Assembly (NCBI GenBank): GCA_012520315.1
Contig: JAAYOM010000124.1
Span: 217 to 64,216 of the forward strand
From: Bacillota bacterium
Lineage (GTDB): Bacteria > Bacillota > Limnochordia > Darwinibacteriales > Darwinibacteriaceae
Reading direction: 5' to 3'
Length of the DNA: 64,000 bases
Positions 26,528 to 35,714 of the stretch are shown here, piece after piece (the stretch's first letter is position 1; each line of letters begins with the position of its first letter). Under the pieces are notes generated by a model. It saw only the letters and a list, made by a program, of their open reading frames with translations, searched no databases and was not told the DNA's origin. The position numbers were made by a program, and so were the translations under genes.

Positions 26528-27838
26528 TTATTGACGGGCAAACCAGTCATCGAACGCTTCTTGAATTCTCTCGGCTACTTCCATGGGAGTTGCGAAGCCT
26601 AGGCCGATTTCTTGCAGACCGATGTTGATCGGAGTGTAGACTTCTCCTTGGAAGATGTTGTCCAGAACTTCAGTTGTTATGGCGATGTCTTCGTAGTAGC
26701 GAATTCGCTCAACAACCAGTGGTTCGATGTTGTCAGATGTTACGTCAACACGGCTGGGGATGGTGCCCGCAGTCTCCAGACGCATTTTTTGCACTTCTGG
26801 ACCTTGCAGCCATTTGATTAACTCCCAGGCTGCTGCTTCTTTAGCTGAACCGGCGGGAATTTTAGCGTTCATGCCAAATCCTACGCCTACCACACCTGAG
26901 GATGAGGCTTTGTTAATTTCTCCGGGGATGGCAGGGAAGATTGTCATTTTGAACTCATGCTGTCTGTCCACTGGGATCAAAGCTTCACCTGTGGTTTGGT
27001 CTGTTAGGAAGTTGCTGACTTTCCAGTCCCCGTCAACCATGAAGGGGGCGCGACCGGTAGCAAAGAGACCGTTAACTTCAGCATAGTCCGTCTGCATGAT
27101 TCTGCGATGGAGCACGCCGTCCTCATACATCTGGGCATAAAATTCCAAGGCAGATAAAAACTCTGGATCTGTAAACTTTGCTTCGCCAGCCAGGATCTCA
27201 TTGAGTTTCTCGTCACCCACGAGGCGGCCGACGATCATGGAGAAGAGGCAGGATTGGATGACCCAGTCATCTTGAGCACCCATCAAGATGGTATCAAGCC
27301 CGTTTTCTTTCAGCACTGGAACCATAGCCACCAGTTCTTCGTAGGTCTCGGGCATGGACAGGCCCAGACTGTCGAGTAAAGCCACATTGACATACAGCGC
27401 ATGGCTGGAGGTCATGGTTTGCGGCAGCTCTGCCAGGAAACCGCCTGCCTGCGGCGCAAGGACTGCTTCTTGGTAGTACTTAGCATCTTCTCCCAAGAGA
27501 GGTCTCAGGTCTTTGACCAGCCCTAGTGTATGCAGGGAGGTGGAGCGTCCGCCAGGCCACATGTAGATTACGTCCGGCAGCATATCAGCTGCGGCATAAG
27601 CCTCTGTCTTTTGATGGAAAGCATCCAGGAATAGGTCTTCCCGCTCTACGATGATGTGGGGGTTGCGAACAGAAAACTCGTACCAAACTTCGTTGATTTC
27701 CCTTTCTGCACCGGGGGAGGTGAGGTCAAAATAGTTCAGGACAGTGATTTTAATCGGCTCTTCAGCAAAACTTGCAGGGACAAACACGCCGGCAACCAAT
27801 AGCAAAGCCAAGACAAAGAACGTACACTTTTTAAGCAT
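26528..27838 (-). CDS. sugar ABC transporter extracellular solute-binding protein
   Basis: GGAGG SD before ATG 27838 (MLKKCTFFVLALLLVAGVFVPASFA signal peptide). Family-1 SBP-like sequence. Confidence 0.85.
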   Translation of the reverse strand: MLKKCTFFVLALLLVAGVFVPASFAEEPIKITVLNYFDLTSPGAEREINEVWYEFSVRNPHIIVEREDLFLDAFHQKTEAYAAADMLPDVIYMWPGGRSTSLHTLGLVKDLRPLLGEDAKYYQEAVLAPQAGGFLAELPQTMTSSHALYVNVALLDSLGLSMPETYEELVAMVPVLKENGLDTILMGAQDDWVIQSCLFSMIVGRLVGDEKLNEILAGEAKFTDPEFLSALEFYAQMYEDGVLHRRIMQTDYAEVNGLFATGRAPFMVDGDWKVSNFLTDQTTGEALIPVDRQHEFKMTIFPAIPGEINKASSSGVVGVGFGMNAKIPAGSAKEAAAWELIKWLQGPEVQKMRLETAGTIPSRVDVTSDNIEPLVVERIRYYEDIAITTEVLDNIFQGEVYTPINIGLQEIGLGFATPMEVAERIQEAFDDWFARQ

Positions 27839-27853
27839 CACTTTACCTCCTAA

Positions 27854-27867
27854 TTGATTTTGATCAT
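27854..27867 (-). promoter_or_regulatory. FNR-like dyad (minus strand ATGATcaaaATCAA) in the SBP gene leader
   Basis: One mismatch to TTGAT-N4-ATCAA. Lies 16-29 nt upstream of the SBP start codon, adjacent to the SD. Confidence 0.3.
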
Positions 27868-27926
27868 GACCCAACGCAACTGACGAACTCTCTACAAACA
27901 TCACCTCCTGAACTCAATCGTGCTTC

Positions 27927-29108
27927 TTATTTAGTGAATGGAACTGCAGCAGGGGTAAACCAGTGGGAAACTACAAGGCCTGCTGCTCCCAAAAGATCGG
28001 CAACATCATCAAAGCTCGAACCGGTTACTCTGACGTTTGAGGGAATTGCGGACTGTTCGAGAATAGAGTCGTAGTACTTCTGGCAATAATCCAAAACTTC
28101 GTGTCCGAGTTTCCCCCAAATGCCGCCAATAGAAATGACTTCGACATCAAGAATAATCCCCCAATGGGCACAGGCGAGGGCAAGAGCCTCCGCTGTTTCC
28201 TGGACAATTTCTGTGGCAAAGGGATCCCCGGTCCGTACAAGTTCGATGAACTTTGCGTGTGTGAGATTCTGTCCTGTAATCTTTTGGTAGTGCTCCTGGA
28301 TGGGCTTGAAGTAAACATAACTCTCCAGGCAGCCTCGCTGTCCGCAGCGGCACAGTTTTCCGTCTGGTATTACAGGCACGTGGCCGATCTCTCCTGTTAC
28401 AAAGCGTGATCCCGTAAGTAACTTCTGATCGGATATGATTCCTACACCCACCCCTGTTTCGGTTTTAATGAACATTGAGTTAGCGGTCTCTTTTGCATTG
28501 CCCAGCCATAGTTCTGACAGGGCGCAGGCGTTCGCATCGTTCTCCAGCAAGACTGGCAGACCCAATTCCTGACCTAGAGAATCTGCAACAGGAATGTCCT
28601 TCCATCCCAGGTTAAGGGAGCGGAGAACTGTTCCCTCCACAGGATGGCACATGCCCGAGGCAGCCACCCCAACGCCAATGATATGTTCTTGTTTAATGGA
28701 AAGGGAGTTGAACATTTCCCTCAAGGAATCTGCCACGGCAGGCAGCAAGATCTCTGGCGACAGGGACGTGGGCTGCAGCTGTTCTATTACAAGAATACGG
28801 CCCTTCAGATCAAGCAGCGCCGCCAGGCAGTCATCACGCAACAGTTTCACCGCTGCAACATAGAGTTTGCTGTGGTCTATGTGGAGATAGATCGGACGCC
28901 GGCCTCCTGTAGATTTGCCATGGCTTCCTTCTAAGACTAGGCCTTGCTCCAGGAGTTGATTAATAATCCGCGTGATTGTTGCATGACTCATGCCAGTGAG
29001 CTCGGCCAGTTGTGAACGCGAGCAGCTTCCATGTTCGTAGAGGGTCCTCAGCACCGTAGATGCGTTGTAGGTTCGTACCAGTTTCGTACTGCTTATGTGC
29101 CGACTCAT
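27927..29108 (-). CDS. ROK family transcriptional regulator
   Basis: N-terminal wHTH (SRSQLAELTGMSHATITRIINQL), a ROK sugar-kinase-like domain and a Cys motif (CRCGQRGCLE). The start (29108 ATG or 29120 TTG) is uncertain. Confidence 0.85.
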   Translation of the reverse strand: MSRHISSTKLVRTYNASTVLRTLYEHGSCSRSQLAELTGMSHATITRIINQLLEQGLVLEGSHGKSTGGRRPIYLHIDHSKLYVAAVKLLRDDCLAALLDLKGRILVIEQLQPTSLSPEILLPAVADSLREMFNSLSIKQEHIIGVGVAASGMCHPVEGTVLRSLNLGWKDIPVADSLGQELGLPVLLENDANACALSELWLGNAKETANSMFIKTETGVGVGIISDQKLLTGSRFVTGEIGHVPVIPDGKLCRCGQRGCLESYVYFKPIQEHYQKITGQNLTHAKFIELVRTGDPFATEIVQETAEALALACAHWGIILDVEVISIGGIWGKLGHEVLDYCQKYYDSILEQSAIPSNVRVTGSSFDDVADLLGAAGLVVSHWFTPAAVPFTK

Positions 29109-29276
29109 CAACCTCACCAACTTTTTTCCACTGTGAAAACATCTAATGTTATTTTAACGCATAAATCTGTTTTCGGCAACACTTATTTTCATATAACAAA
29201 AAACTATTAGTAAAAAGCGTAGGCGATGTTGTTCAAATGAGAAAAAGATGAGGAAAGTTTGCAAGGACTCTCCTGG

Positions 29277-29304
29277 GCGAATGTGGAATAGGAAAGACAT
29301 TCGC
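29277..29304 (+). promoter_or_regulatory. perfect 8-bp inverted repeat GCGAATGT-N12-ACATTCGC upstream of hutH
   Basis: Arms at 29277-29284 and 29297-29304, 30 nt upstream of the hutH ATG. No T-run follows, so it is an operator or leader hairpin rather than a terminator. Confidence 0.4.
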
Positions 29305-29333
29305 AATATTAGGAATGCTGAAGGGGTAGATGT

Positions 29334-30869
29334 ATGCTGATTCTAAATGGATCCGACTTGAGTGGTCATGAAGTTGTCGAGTGCATTAGACAGGGAAAAC
29401 CTGTGGCTTTAGACGCGAAGCAGCTGGAAAAGGTAGGCCAGGCTCGCAAGCTCGTTGTGGAACTGATCCGTCGCGGTCAGCCGATTTATGGTATCAACAC
29501 TGGATTTGGCCTATTGGCCAATACATCTATATCGGACGAAAACGTAGCAGATCTGCAGCGCAACTTGATTTTAAGCCATAGCTGCGGCGTGGGAACGCCC
29601 TTTTCGGAAGAAGTCGTCAGAGCCATGATGATTCTAAGGGCTAATGCTTTGATGAAGGGCCACTCGGGAATTCGCCCAGAGGTTATTGAACTCATGGTGG
29701 ATCTTGTGAACCGTGGTGTTACGCCCCTGATTCCAAGCCAGGGCTCTGTAGGCGCGAGCGGTGACTTGGTTCCCCTGGCACACATGTCAGCTGTGCTCCT
29801 AGGCGAGGGACAGGCGTATTACCAGGGACAGCTGTATTCAGGGGCCGAAGCTCTGAAACGGGCCGGGTTAACGCCTGTAGCTTTGGAGGCTAAAGAGGGA
29901 TTGGCACTGATTAACGGCACACAGGCCATGACTGCCCAGGGAGTGTTAGCCCTTTATGACGGTTCGATACTGCTCAAGACAGCTGATATCTCAGGCAGTA
30001 TGACCCTGGAGGCCCTTTGTGGAATTCCAGACGCTTTTGATGAGCGAGTTCATGCAGTGCGTGCTCACCCAGGCCAAATTGCCACAGCAGCCAACTTAAG
30101 AAGAATTTTGGCAGGCAGCAGGCTGGTTTATAGTAAAGAACATGAGAGGATTCAAGATGCATATTCCTTGCGCTGCATTCCTCAAGTTCACGGCGCGTCA
30201 AAGGACGCCTATGCATATGTGGCAAGCGTGCTTAACAGGGAAATTAACTCGGTTACAGACAATCCGGTTATCTTCTCCGAGGACGGTGAAGTCATCTCTG
30301 CCGGCAACTTCCATGGACAGCCGGTAGCTCTTGCCTTGGACTTTCTAGGCATAGCCCTGGCCGAGATTGGCAGCATAGCGGAGCGGCGCATTGAACGTCT
30401 AGTCAATCCCGCCCTGAGCGGGCTGCCGCCCTTCTTAACAGAGCGGAGCGGGCTTAACTCCGGCTACATGATCGTTCAATATACAGCTGCAGCTTTGGTC
30501 TCGGAAAACAAAGTGCTGTCTCATCCTGCGTCGGTTGATTCTATTCCCACTTCTGCCAACCAGGAGGATCATGTGAGCATGGGATCTATTTCTGCCAGCA
30601 AGGTTCTTCGGATCCTGGCCAATCTGCAGAACATTCTAGCCATAGAGCTCCTATGTGCATGTCAGGCGTTGGAGTTTAGGGAGCCAAGCAAAATGTCTCC
30701 CGCGGCCAAGGCCGTATATGACCTGGTAAGGGAGCAGGTACCGCCCCTGAAGGAAGATCGTTTTCTGGAGCCCGAAATTAAACTGGCCAGGGATTTAGTT
30801 GCCGCCGGCCAAGTATTGAAGGCAGTGGAAGATATCATTGGAAGTGTAAATATAGAGGAGGTTATCTAA
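29334..30869 (+). CDS. hutH: histidine ammonia-lyase
   Basis: MIO-forming [14 protein letters not shown] motif. 511 aa, HAL-like throughout. Confidence 0.95.
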   Translation: MLILNGSDLSGHEVVECIRQGKPVALDAKQLEKVGQARKLVVELIRRGQPIYGINTGFGLLANTSISDENVADLQRNLILSHSCGVGTPFSEEVVRAMMILRANALMKGHSGIRPEVIELMVDLVNRGVTPLIPSQGSVGASGDLVPLAHMSAVLLGEGQAYYQGQLYSGAEALKRAGLTPVALEAKEGLALINGTQAMTAQGVLALYDGSILLKTADISGSMTLEALCGIPDAFDERVHAVRAHPGQIATAANLRRILAGSRLVYSKEHERIQDAYSLRCIPQVHGASKDAYAYVASVLNREINSVTDNPVIFSEDGEVISAGNFHGQPVALALDFLGIALAEIGSIAERRIERLVNPALSGLPPFLTERSGLNSGYMIVQYTAAALVSENKVLSHPASVDSIPTSANQEDHVSMGSISASKVLRILANLQNILAIELLCACQALEFREPSKMSPAAKAVYDLVREQVPPLKEDRFLEPEIKLARDLVAAGQVLKAVEDIIGSVNIEEVI

Positions 30870-32512
30870 TGATTAGAGCACCACGGGGAGCAAAACTGAA
30901 CTGTAAAGGTTGGCATCAGGAGGCCGCCATGCGCATGCTGATGAACAACCTCGATCCGGAGGTGGCAGAACGCCCTGACGATCTGATTGTTTATGGAGGA
31001 AGCGGAAAAGCAGCCCGCAGCTGGGAAGCCTACGAAGCTATCATACGGACATTGATGACTTTAGAAGATGATGAGACATTATTAGTGCAGTCAGGCAAAC
31101 CGGTAGGGGTGTTTCGCACCACACCCCAATCGCCTAGGGTGTTGATTGCTAACTCAAACTTAGTGCCCGCCTGGGGTAACTGGGAGCATTTTCGGGAGCT
31201 GGAGAAAAAGGGCCTTATCATGTTTGGTCAAATGACGGCGGGCAGTTGGATTTATATAGGAACTCAAGGTATTCTCCAGGGAACCTACGAGACCTTGGCA
31301 GAACTTGCGCACCAACATTTTGGCGGTTCACTCAAGGGCCGTCTGGTCCTGACTGCAGGACTCGGCGGCATGGGCGGCGCCCAACCCTTAGCTGTAACTA
31401 TGAACGGCGGTGTTGCCATTGTAGTTGAAGTCGATCCTGAACGTATTGAGAAGCGGATTGCCACTAGGTACTGCCAGATTTCAACTGACAGTATCGATGA
31501 AGCCCTGCGCCTGGCTGAAGAAGCTAGAGGCAAAGGAGAGGCACTGTCTATAGCCCTATTAGGTAATGCTGCTGAGGTGCTGCCTGAGTTTGTTAAACGC
31601 GGCATTACCCCCGATGTGGTAACAGATCAGACATCTGCCCATGATCCCTTGAACGGCTACATCCCCCTCGGGTACAGCTTAGAAGCTGCCGCTAGACTGC
31701 GCCAGGAAAACCCGGATCGTTATGTACAGCTGGCCAAAGAATCGATGGGAGCCCATGTGCAGGCTATGCTCGATTTGCAGAAACGGGGTGCTGTCACCTT
31801 TGACTATGGCAACAACATTAGGCAGCAGGCGAAAGAGGTCGGCGTTGACAATGCCTTTGATTTTCCCGGTTTTGTACCCGCTTATATCAGGCCCCTTTTC
31901 TGTGAAGGTAAAGGGCCGTTCCGCTGGGTAGCCCTCTCTGGCGACCCTGCTGATATTCACAAAATTGATGATCGCCTTTGTGAAGAGTTTGCAGATAATG
32001 AGCGTCTTGTGCGCTGGATTAAAATGGCAAAGGAGCAGGTTGCCTTTCAGGGATTACCTTCCCGCATTTGCTGGCTGGGTTATGGCGAGCGTGCCCGCTT
32101 TGGACTTTTGATCAATGAAATGGTTAAGTCTGGCGAACTCTCCGCGCCAATTGTTATTGGACGGGATCACCTGGATGCCGGTTCGGTAGCCTCCCCCCAT
32201 CGGGAGACGGAAGGTATGAAAGACGGCAGTGATGCTGTGGCAGACTGGCCTATCCTAAATGCCCTCGTTAATGCCTGTGCTGGTGCGAGCTGGGTCTCAC
32301 TGCACCACGGAGGCGGGGTAGGCATTGGTTATTCCATCCACGCCGGCATGGTTGTTGTTGCCGACGGTACCGATGAGGGTGCCAAGCGGTTGGAGAGAGT
32401 GTTAACCTCTGATCCTGGCATGGGAGTTGTACGCCATGTTGATGCAGGCTATGATTTGGCCATTAAGACAGCTAAGGAGAAAGGTATTCGCGTACCCATG
32501 CTGGAGAAATAG
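30869..32512 (+). CDS. hutU: urocanate hydratase
   Basis: 547 aa. [15 protein letters not shown]-binding motif and urocanase-like sequence. Start overlaps the hutH stop (TAATG). Confidence 0.95.
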   Translation: MIRAPRGAKLNCKGWHQEAAMRMLMNNLDPEVAERPDDLIVYGGSGKAARSWEAYEAIIRTLMTLEDDETLLVQSGKPVGVFRTTPQSPRVLIANSNLVPAWGNWEHFRELEKKGLIMFGQMTAGSWIYIGTQGILQGTYETLAELAHQHFGGSLKGRLVLTAGLGGMGGAQPLAVTMNGGVAIVVEVDPERIEKRIATRYCQISTDSIDEALRLAEEARGKGEALSIALLGNAAEVLPEFVKRGITPDVVTDQTSAHDPLNGYIPLGYSLEAAARLRQENPDRYVQLAKESMGAHVQAMLDLQKRGAVTFDYGNNIRQQAKEVGVDNAFDFPGFVPAYIRPLFCEGKGPFRWVALSGDPADIHKIDDRLCEEFADNERLVRWIKMAKEQVAFQGLPSRICWLGYGERARFGLLINEMVKSGELSAPIVIGRDHLDAGSVASPHRETEGMKDGSDAVADWPILNALVNACAGASWVSLHHGGGVGIGYSIHAGMVVVADGTDEGAKRLERVLTSDPGMGVVRHVDAGYDLAIKTAKEKGIRVPMLEK

Positions 32513-32522
32513 AAAGGGAGAT

Positions 32523-33425
32523 ATGATGATACAGAAGCAAATCGTACAATGCGTTCCTAATGTCAGCGAAGGGCGCCGCTTGGATGTGGTGGAAAAGATC
32601 GTGGAACAAGTTCGGCAAACGGAAGGTGTACAGCTGCTGGATTACTCCTCCGATTACGATCACAATCGCACAGTTGTTACCTACGTAGGCGATTTATCAG
32701 GCGTTCAGGAGGCAAGTTTTCGTTTGACGCAGGAAGCTGTACGTTTGATAGACATGGAAGCGCACCAGGGTGCTCACCCCAGAATTGGTGCAGTTGACGT
32801 GATTCCATTTATCCCGATCGAGGGTATTACCATGGAGGAATGTGTAAAAGGAGCTGCCAAGCTGGCAGAGCGTATCTACAAAGAACTAGGTGTTCCTACC
32901 TATCTGTATGGGGAAGCGGCCAGGAAGCCTGCACGGAAGAATCTAAGCAATATTCGGAGAGGCAATTATGAAGGACTGAAGGCGTCTATTCAAGACGAGG
33001 CCCGACATCCCGACTTTGGTGAACCTAAAATGCATGAAACTGCCGGGGCAACAGTGGTTGGTGCCCGTATGCCGCTGGTGGCTTTCAATGTCAACCTGGG
33101 CACAAACAAGAAAGAGATCGCAGATGCCATAGCTAGAAGTGTCAGAGAGCGAAATGGCGGTTTCAAGAACGTAAAGGGGATGGGCGTTGTCCTGGAAGAA
33201 CGGGGCGAGGTACAGGTTTCCATGAACTTAGAGAACTATAAGAACACTCCGATTTACAGGGTACTGGAGACCATTCGCCGGGAGGCCGCCCGTTACGGTG
33301 TTCCGGTAGTGGGGACCGAACTGATTGGCCTTGTACCTCAACAGGCTCTGATTGATGTTGCCGCTTGGTATTTGCAGCTGGAGGACTTTAATTCTGACCA
33401 GGTGTTGGAAAATCGCCTGCGCTAG
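32523..33425 (+). CDS. glutamate formimidoyltransferase (FtcD N-terminal-domain type)
   Basis: AAGGGAG SD. MMIQKQIVQCVPNVSEGRR... is the typical N-terminus of this family. About 300 aa. Confidence 0.9.
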   Translation: MMIQKQIVQCVPNVSEGRRLDVVEKIVEQVRQTEGVQLLDYSSDYDHNRTVVTYVGDLSGVQEASFRLTQEAVRLIDMEAHQGAHPRIGAVDVIPFIPIEGITMEECVKGAAKLAERIYKELGVPTYLYGEAARKPARKNLSNIRRGNYEGLKASIQDEARHPDFGEPKMHETAGATVVGARMPLVAFNVNLGTNKKEIADAIARSVRERNGGFKNVKGMGVVLEERGEVQVSMNLENYKNTPIYRVLETIRREAARYGVPVVGTELIGLVPQQALIDVAAWYLQLEDFNSDQVLENRLR

Positions 33426-33436
33426 GAGGAAATAAA

Positions 33437-34681
33437 GTGCAAATTGACCTTCTGATAAAGAATGGACAGGTGGTAACTGCCGCTCAGGCAGAGTATCCTG
33501 TGCGCGGCAAGAAGATGCAGGAGTTGGAGGTAATTGAAAACGGCTGGGTTGCCTGTGCCGGTGATCAGATTGTGGGGGCCGGGGCCGGCGAGATATTGCC
33601 GCGGGGGCTGGACATTACTGAAAGCACCCAGGTTATTGACGCCGCCGGCAAGGTGGTGACTCCGGGCTTGGTAGATCCCCATACCCATCTGATTTTTGGT
33701 GGAAGTCGGGAAGATGAGTTTTATCTCAGGGCGCAAGGTGCTGACTACATGGAGATCATGGAGGCTGGCGGAGGAATTGCCAGCTCTGTTCGGGCAACAA
33801 GGGAGGCTTCTTTGGATGAACTTGTTGCTTCAGGCCGCCGATATCTGAAGTGGATGCTCAGTTTAGGGGTAACAACCGTTGAATGTAAAAGCGGCTACGG
33901 CTTAGATCTAAAAACCGAACTAAAGCAGCTCGAGGCAGTCAGAATTCTCCAGGCAGAACAGCCCGTGGAGCTGGTTTCTACCTTCTTAGGTGCCCACGCT
34001 TGGCCTGAAGAGTTTAAGGATGACCAAGAGGGATACATCGAATTTCTGCTCAACACGGTGCTGCCTAGGATCAAAACAGAAGATCTGGCAGAGTATGTCG
34101 ATGTTTTCACTGAAAAGGGAGTCTTTTCCGTGGAACAAAGCCGGCGCATTTTCCACAGGGCTAAAGAACTAGGCTTCAAGCTGCGGATCCACGCCGATGA
34201 AATGAACACACTAGGCGGTGCGGAGCTCGCTGCAGAAATGGAGATGGCCAGCGCCGACCATTTGCTGATGGTGTCTGATAGAGGCATCGAGGCATTAGGG
34301 AAGGGGAATGTTGTTCCCATTCTCTTGCCAGCGACAGCCTTTGTTTTGCGCAAACCATACGCCCCTGCCCGGAAAATGCTGGATGCAGGTTTACCGGTTG
34401 CCTTGGCTACCGATTTCAATCCCGGGTCATGTCCAACGGCAAACTTAGGGCTGGTGATGTCCCTCGCTTGCCTGTACATGGCCATGACTCCTGAGGAAGT
34501 GTTCCATGCGGTTACAATCAATGCAGCCCATTCCCTAGGGCGCAGTGACCGAATTGGCAGTATTGAAGTTGGCAAGCAAGCTGATCTTGTGATTTTTGAT
34601 GTGGACAGTTACAGGAAGATTCCCTATTTTGTTGGGGTAAACCTGGTATCATCCGTGGTTAAAGCCGGCCAAGTTATCTAA
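33437..34681 (+). CDS. hutI: imidazolonepropionase
   Basis: TAGGAGG SD before the GTG. Amidohydrolase motifs PGLVDPHTHLIFGG and HADE. 414 aa. Confidence 0.95.
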   Translation: MQIDLLIKNGQVVTAAQAEYPVRGKKMQELEVIENGWVACAGDQIVGAGAGEILPRGLDITESTQVIDAAGKVVTPGLVDPHTHLIFGGSREDEFYLRAQGADYMEIMEAGGGIASSVRATREASLDELVASGRRYLKWMLSLGVTTVECKSGYGLDLKTELKQLEAVRILQAEQPVELVSTFLGAHAWPEEFKDDQEGYIEFLLNTVLPRIKTEDLAEYVDVFTEKGVFSVEQSRRIFHRAKELGFKLRIHADEMNTLGGAELAAEMEMASADHLLMVSDRGIEALGKGNVVPILLPATAFVLRKPYAPARKMLDAGLPVALATDFNPGSCPTANLGLVMSLACLYMAMTPEEVFHAVTINAAHSLGRSDRIGSIEVGKQADLVIFDVDSYRKIPYFVGVNLVSSVVKAGQVI

Positions 34682-34696
34682 AAATCTAGAAACGAT

Positions 34697-35314
34697 GTGG
34701 AAAGTGGTGGTGTTTTGTTAACTGATTTGACCTTGCGAGAATTTGCACAGGATTTGGGTTCAGAAAAGCCGGCTCCGGGAGGAGGGAGTGCTTCGGGTTT
34801 AGTTGGTTCTCTTGCAGCTTCTCTGGTTAAAATGGTGGCCCACCTAAGCGGCGAAGGCCAAGACGAGCTAATAGATCGATCGCAGAGTCTTGCAGACGAA
34901 CTTCTGGATCTTGTCAATAGCGATACGGAGGCCTTTAACCAAGTGATGGCTGCCTTTAGGCTTCCAAAATCAACTGATGAGGAAAAGCAATCACGCCGTA
35001 AAGAGATTCAGGCTGCAACCCGCTTGGCGACAGAGGTACCTCTTAAGATTGCCGAACGCTCTCTGGAGGTGCTGGCTTTAGCCAAAGAAATGGCCTTTCA
35101 CGGCAATAAGAATGCGTTGAGTGATGCCGGGGTGGCTGGTCTGCTCGGTGTTGCCGCCTGTAGAGGAGCAGCATATAATGTGCTGATTAATCTGCCGGGC
35201 TTAAAGGACGAGGAGTTTGTTGCGGCCTGCAGAAAGCGCCTCACAGAGCTGCTGCAGGAGGCAGAGCGGTTCGAAGAGACAATTGGCTCCCATGTCTATG
35301 GGGCTTTGTCTTAG
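34697..35314 (+). CDS. formiminotetrahydrofolate cyclodeaminase-like (cyclodeaminase/cyclohydrolase family) protein
   Basis: LREFAQDLGSEKPAPGGGSASGLVGSLAASL is the hallmark N-terminus of the FtcD C-terminal domain family. Confidence 0.85.
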   Translation: MESGGVLLTDLTLREFAQDLGSEKPAPGGGSASGLVGSLAASLVKMVAHLSGEGQDELIDRSQSLADELLDLVNSDTEAFNQVMAAFRLPKSTDEEKQSRRKEIQAATRLATEVPLKIAERSLEVLALAKEMAFHGNKNALSDAGVAGLLGVAACRGAAYNVLINLPGLKDEEFVAACRKRLTELLQEAERFEETIGSHVYGALS

Positions 35315-35336
35315 GACAAGAAAGAACTGACGCGAG

Positions 35337-35358
35337 AGGGGCGGGGCGATGCGCCCCT
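35337..35358 (+). terminator. terminator-like hairpin after the hut operon
   Basis: AGGGGCG-N8-CGCCCCT followed by TCCCTTTGTT (weak U-tract). Confidence 0.5.
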
Positions 35359-35389
35359 TCCCTTTGTTCGGTGGAGGCAGCTTCTGACC

Positions 35390-35419
35390 TTGACAACGGA
35401 GAGCAGGTTATGGTAAACT
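35390..35419 (+). promoter_or_regulatory. sigma-A type promoter of the tyrS leader
   Basis: TTGACA (35390-35395), 18-nt spacer, TGgTAAACT extended -10 (35411-35419). Confidence 0.7.
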
Positions 35420-35424
35420 TTTGT

Positions 35425-35697
35425 TCAATTAAAGCAGAAATAGGGGCTATGAAGGATTCAGTAGCGGGCCATGGGTACTCAGAGAGCAGGCTGGTTGGTG
35501 CAAAGCCTGCAGAACATGGTCTTGAAGGTCTAAAGACCTTCCTTAGCGAATTACACTCTGGAGCCTAAGCAGAAGTTAAGATGCTTCGGGCACCATCCGT
35601 TATAGTGGTTGAGGTGGGCTTTTGCGCTGCAAAAGCTCTCGAAAAAAGGTGGTACCACGGGTTCTCTCGTCCTTTAAGGATAGAGGGAATTTTTTAA
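35425..35697 (+). ncRNA. T-box riboswitch leader (tyrosine-specific by context)
   Basis: AGAGAG and GGTGCAA stem-I elements. Conserved T-box sequence AAAGGTGGTACCACGG at 35645-35660. Terminator hairpin 35662-35689 plus TTTTTT. TAC triplets are present in the stem-I region. Sits directly upstream of tyrS. Confidence 0.9.
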
Positions 35698-35714
35698 TTT
35701 AAGGGGGAGTTCAT

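Noticed and set aside
32427-32522. 5' extension of the formimidoyltransferase ORF overlapping the end of hutU.
   Set aside because: The family N-terminus (MMIQKQIVQCVPNVSEGRR) begins at 32523/32526, right after an AAGGGAG SD. The extension overlaps hutU in another frame.
33895-34575. 226-aa minus-strand ORF.
   Set aside because: Fully antisense to the well-supported hutI gene. The Ser/Ala/Pro-rich composition is typical of a shadow ORF, and there is no SD.
35371-35568. 65-aa plus-strand ORF between the hut operon and tyrS.
   Set aside because: It lies entirely inside the T-box leader RNA (promoter at 35390-35419, T-box sequence at 35645-35660) and has no SD. The region is explained by the riboswitch.
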